Part shown: positions 61,131 through 64,000 of the stretch, in pieces
How positions within the stretch are numbered: the stretch's first letter is position 1
Layout: every line of letters starts with the position of its first letter
Assembly (NCBI GenBank): GCA_963677925.2
Contig: CAXXYH010000004.1
Location: forward strand, 320,001-384,000
Direction: 5' to 3'
DNA length: 64,000 nt
Source: Spirochaetia bacterium
GTDB lineage: Bacteria > Spirochaetota > Spirochaetia > UBA9216
Made by a program: the position numbers and the translations under genes
Notes under the pieces: generated by a model
What the model was told of the DNA's origin: nothing
The model's database searches: none
The model's input: the letters and a program-made list of their open reading frames with translations, nothing else

Positions 61131-62276
61131 TTATTTCTTTAAGAGTCGAATTACCATTTCTCTAAAAGCACCTTCTCCGCCTTTCGAATTAAGGACATGT
61201 TTTACAATCCTTTTATTTTCATCAATAGCGTCTGAAGGACAAAATGAAAAACCAACTGCATTGAGAACCTCAAAATCATTTATATCGTCACCTATATAAG
61301 CAACTTCTTTTAATGAAATATTTTCAATATTACAAATTTCTTGTACTACAGATAATTTATCTTTAATCCCCTGATAAAGATAATCAACTTTTACTTTTTT
61401 TGCTCTTCTTGCAACAATTTCAGTATTCTCAGATGTAATTATACCTGTTCTTATTCCTGCTTCTTTTAGTAATTGAAATCCCATTCCGTCTCTAGTATTA
61501 AATTTTTTCAATTCATTACCAGTTTGATCATAATACATGCCAGCATCAGTCAATACACCATCTACATCAGTTAGTACAATCTTTATTGTCTCTATTGCTT
61601 TGAAATAACTATGATATTTTTTAATTAGATTCTCTATAATTACCAAATCATCTTCTTCATCTATTTCAGTTAAACAATATTCTTCCATTTCATAAGTTAA
61701 AATATTTCCAGAAATTCTATTATTTGACTTAAAAATCTTATCAACAGTACTAATATAAAAAGCACCATTTTCGATTAAAAATCCTGAAAAGTCCTGTCGT
61801 CTTGGCCTGTTAAAGATATCATAATTTAACGCAGTTCCATTATCAGACCATAAAAATCTTTTTGTTCTTGAACAGCTGACTATTGAATCAATTTTTTTAT
61901 CCGAAAACCTCTCTAACGCTTCAGTTAAATCTCTTGCTTCCAATAAAGGTGATGTTGCCTGAATTAGAATAAAGATATCATCATTAGATATGGGCTTTGA
62001 ATTTAGAAATTCAATCATAACACTTTCAGTTGAAGAAGAATCTTCAGCATTTTCTTTTAATCTATTATATATATTTACTTTCTGAAATTTAAATGATTGA
62101 ATTACTGTTTTATATTCTTCAGAATCTATTGCTACATGAATTTCATCAATTTTTTGACAATTTTCCGCTGCTAATAAAGTCCAAAAAATTAAAGGTTTAC
62201 CTGCAATTTTTTTTATATTCTTATTGGGAATGGATTTACTTCCACTGCGTATAGGAATAAAAGCTATTGTTGACAT
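61131..62276 (-). CDS. CMP-nonulosonate synthetase fused to a KdsC-type HAD phosphatase
   Basis: PIRSGSKSIPNKN, QATSP, ENGAFY; DVDGVLTD, GDDIND, GGEGAFRE. Confidence 0.9.
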   Translation of the reverse strand: MSTIAFIPIRSGSKSIPNKNIKKIAGKPLIFWTLLAAENCQKIDEIHVAIDSEEYKTVIQSFKFQKVNIYNRLKENAEDSSSTESVMIEFLNSKPISNDDIFILIQATSPLLEARDLTEALERFSDKKIDSIVSCSRTKRFLWSDNGTALNYDIFNRPRRQDFSGFLIENGAFYISTVDKIFKSNNRISGNILTYEMEEYCLTEIDEEDDLVIIENLIKKYHSYFKAIETIKIVLTDVDGVLTDAGMYYDQTGNELKKFNTRDGMGFQLLKEAGIRTGIITSENTEIVARRAKKVKVDYLYQGIKDKLSVVQEICNIENISLKEVAYIGDDINDFEVLNAVGFSFCPSDAIDENKRIVKHVLNSKGGEGAFREMVIRLLKK

Positions 62277-62277
62277 G

Positions 62278-63147
62278 CTATCCTCTATATTTTAGTTTAT
62301 CTCTTTGAATTGCTTCGATTGGTAAGATTTCCTCTTTTTTATAATGTAAAGACTGTGACGCTGCATTTAAATCTCTAATTAATTTTTTCAATCCCTGAGG
62401 TTCTAATGAAGCAGCATGATCAGTACCTTTCCACGTACGATCTAAAGTAAAATGCCTTTCTATCCATTCAGCACCTAAAGTATATGCAGCTATATCAATA
62501 GCTATACCTAAATGATGACCAGAAAATCCTACACTTTTTACTTTTGAACCGTAGGATTCCTTAAGTCGTAAAATTTCTAGTAGGTTAACATCTTCAAAAG
62601 GAACTGGATATCCTGATGTACAACTATAAATAATAACTCTTGATTTTAAAGTGTTTTTTTCATTAAAAAATGAAAGAATCTTTTTTTCTTCCTCATGCGT
62701 TGTCATACCAAAGGATAAATGAATATCTCCATCATACTCATCTCTTAGGACTTCCAACATTGAGAAATGTGTATTACATGCAGAAGGTACCTTTATAAAT
62801 TCAGGATTTATTTCTATAATTTCTTTCGCTGAAGTAATGTCCCATACAGAAGTGGAATAAACTATCCCTCTTTGTTCGCAATAATTTTTTAATTCCTTAT
62901 GTGTCTTTTTATCTAACTCTAAAAATTCTCTATGTTCCCCATATGTATCACCGTATGAATGCATAGGATTAGGATGTGGTGCATTATACTGTTCTTCAGT
63001 CAATAATTCTTTTGGTGTACGTTTTTGAAATTTTGCGACTGATGCTTTGCAAAAAACGGCTGTATCAATTAACTCTTTAGCTATGTCGATATTCCCTTTA
63101 TGATTACATCCAATTTCTGCAATTACTTTTGGCAGCTTATACTCCAT
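62278..63147 (-). CDS. NeuB-family nonulosonate(-9-phosphate) synthase without SAF domain
   Basis: IAEIGCNHKG, KFQKR, GFSGH, IERHFTLDR, GTDHAASLEP; SD GGAG before ATG 63147. Confidence 0.9.
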   Translation of the reverse strand: MEYKLPKVIAEIGCNHKGNIDIAKELIDTAVFCKASVAKFQKRTPKELLTEEQYNAPHPNPMHSYGDTYGEHREFLELDKKTHKELKNYCEQRGIVYSTSVWDITSAKEIIEINPEFIKVPSACNTHFSMLEVLRDEYDGDIHLSFGMTTHEEEKKILSFFNEKNTLKSRVIIYSCTSGYPVPFEDVNLLEILRLKESYGSKVKSVGFSGHHLGIAIDIAAYTLGAEWIERHFTLDRTWKGTDHAASLEPQGLKKLIRDLNAASQSLHYKKEEILPIEAIQRDKLKYRG

Positions 63148-63274
63148 ATTTACTCCTACAAATAAAACAAATATATATCGTTCTAAGGAAGTGATTTTTT
63201 CCAAATTAGAACTAAAATAATTTTCAAAAATTTATATGGCAAGATTATATATAGTTCCTAAAATTTTCCACTCA

Positions 63275-63781
63275 TTACACAAATACATCCTGCAGAAAAG
63301 TCACTCCCTGCTTCTTCTCAGCATTATCCGGAATATAACTTTCAGCATACAGCCTGAATGTTTTTTCATTTATATCTTTATCATTCCGAATTAATTTCAG
63401 TCCGGATTTTATACATGCATACTCTACAATAAAATCAATATCACTTGCTCCGACCAGAACTATACTTTCATACCCGGTTGCTTTTATACCACCTATAAGT
63501 GTCTCAATCTTATCCCGGTAATCAGCGACATTCTTGAGAGTCCGCTTGAAATACTTGTAGCTGCGCCTGGTAATCTCTTCAACACCGGAGGGAGTAACAA
63601 CATAGCGGATATTCCTGTTATTAACCTTCTTTACCATCAGCCAGCCCTTCTGTACAAGACGTTTCAGGATAGCATTTGTCATCCCGAGAGACAGCTCTGA
63701 TGTTCTGGCAAGCTCACGCTGGCTTAGAGGAGTTGAGGTGTTATGAATACTGTTTAAGATTTCTATTTCTTTTTCGTTCAA
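63275..63781 (-). CDS. MarR-type winged-helix regulator (EPS-associated)
   Basis: SQRELA....LSLGMTNAILKRLVQKG, YVVTPSG. Confidence 0.85.
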   Translation of the reverse strand: MNEKEIEILNSIHNTSTPLSQRELARTSELSLGMTNAILKRLVQKGWLMVKKVNNRNIRYVVTPSGVEEITRRSYKYFKRTLKNVADYRDKIETLIGGIKATGYESIVLVGASDIDFIVEYACIKSGLKLIRNDKDINEKTFRLYAESYIPDNAEKKQGVTFLQDVFV

Positions 63782-63792
63782 GGTTTTATTCT

Positions 63793-63940
63793 AAACCTAA
63801 ATACTTCAGCATTTAGGTTTTACCATAAGTATAAAGAAGTAATTTTAAAAAAATTACTTCAAACTAAAAATGGCTACTAATCGAGCAGTCATTTTTAGTC
63901 AGGCACAATGAGTCCTTCCATTTTTAATTATAAAATGGAA
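63793..63940. repeat. Four adjacent inverted repeats upstream of the polysaccharide locus
   Basis: Stems at 63793-63820, 63836-63860, 63863-63899 and 63916-63940. Confidence 0.8.
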
Positions 63941-64000
63941 AATATATATGGACCCAATTCTGTGCATTCGCCGCCGAAACAGACTGATATGAAATGAGAA

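Noticed and set aside
63793-63940. Hairpins as a CRISPR array or MITE
   Set aside because: The stems differ in sequence, with no repeated unit, spacers, terminal repeats with target duplication or cas genes.
63960-63980. GGCGGCGAAT on the minus strand as an ops/JUMPstart element
   Set aside because: Does not match GGCGGTAG; may be coding sequence of a gene beyond the window.

Overview
Bacterial chromosomal window, very likely from a free-living spirochaete (Spirochaetales-like). This is inferred from the gene mix: PilZ protein, double FapA, DUF2259, RpoS-like sigma factor and Asp-type MurA. Bases 1-36.7 kb are moderate-GC housekeeping, envelope and signalling genes: HD-GYP, pth, fur-nifX-mrp, an rpoS-like sigma, lgt, ctpA, rsmE, a sigma54 activator, an ECF sigma/anti-sigma pair, murA, aspartate kinase and thrC. 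Bases 36.7-63.8 kb form one minus-strand surface-polysaccharide locus: MarR regulator, probable KDN-type nonulosonate synthesis, wzx/wzy, glycosyltransferases, ugd, rmlACDB and two Wzi-like barrels. Its central ~18 kb (45.2-63.3 kb) is visibly much more AT-rich and contains a decayed GH97 lipoprotein gene. The strongest oddity is an in-frame fusion of RmlD to a HEPN domain, followed by a minimal nucleotidyltransferase (MNT), both translationally coupled inside the rhamnose operon. Also notable are four tandem hairpins ahead of the polysaccharide locus, many apparently leaderless promoters, an HTH-less sigma54 activator and a CCA-enzyme homologue with a degenerate polymerase head. No rRNA, tRNA, CRISPR array or transposase was recognised. 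All product calls come from motif recognition by eye; no searches were run.
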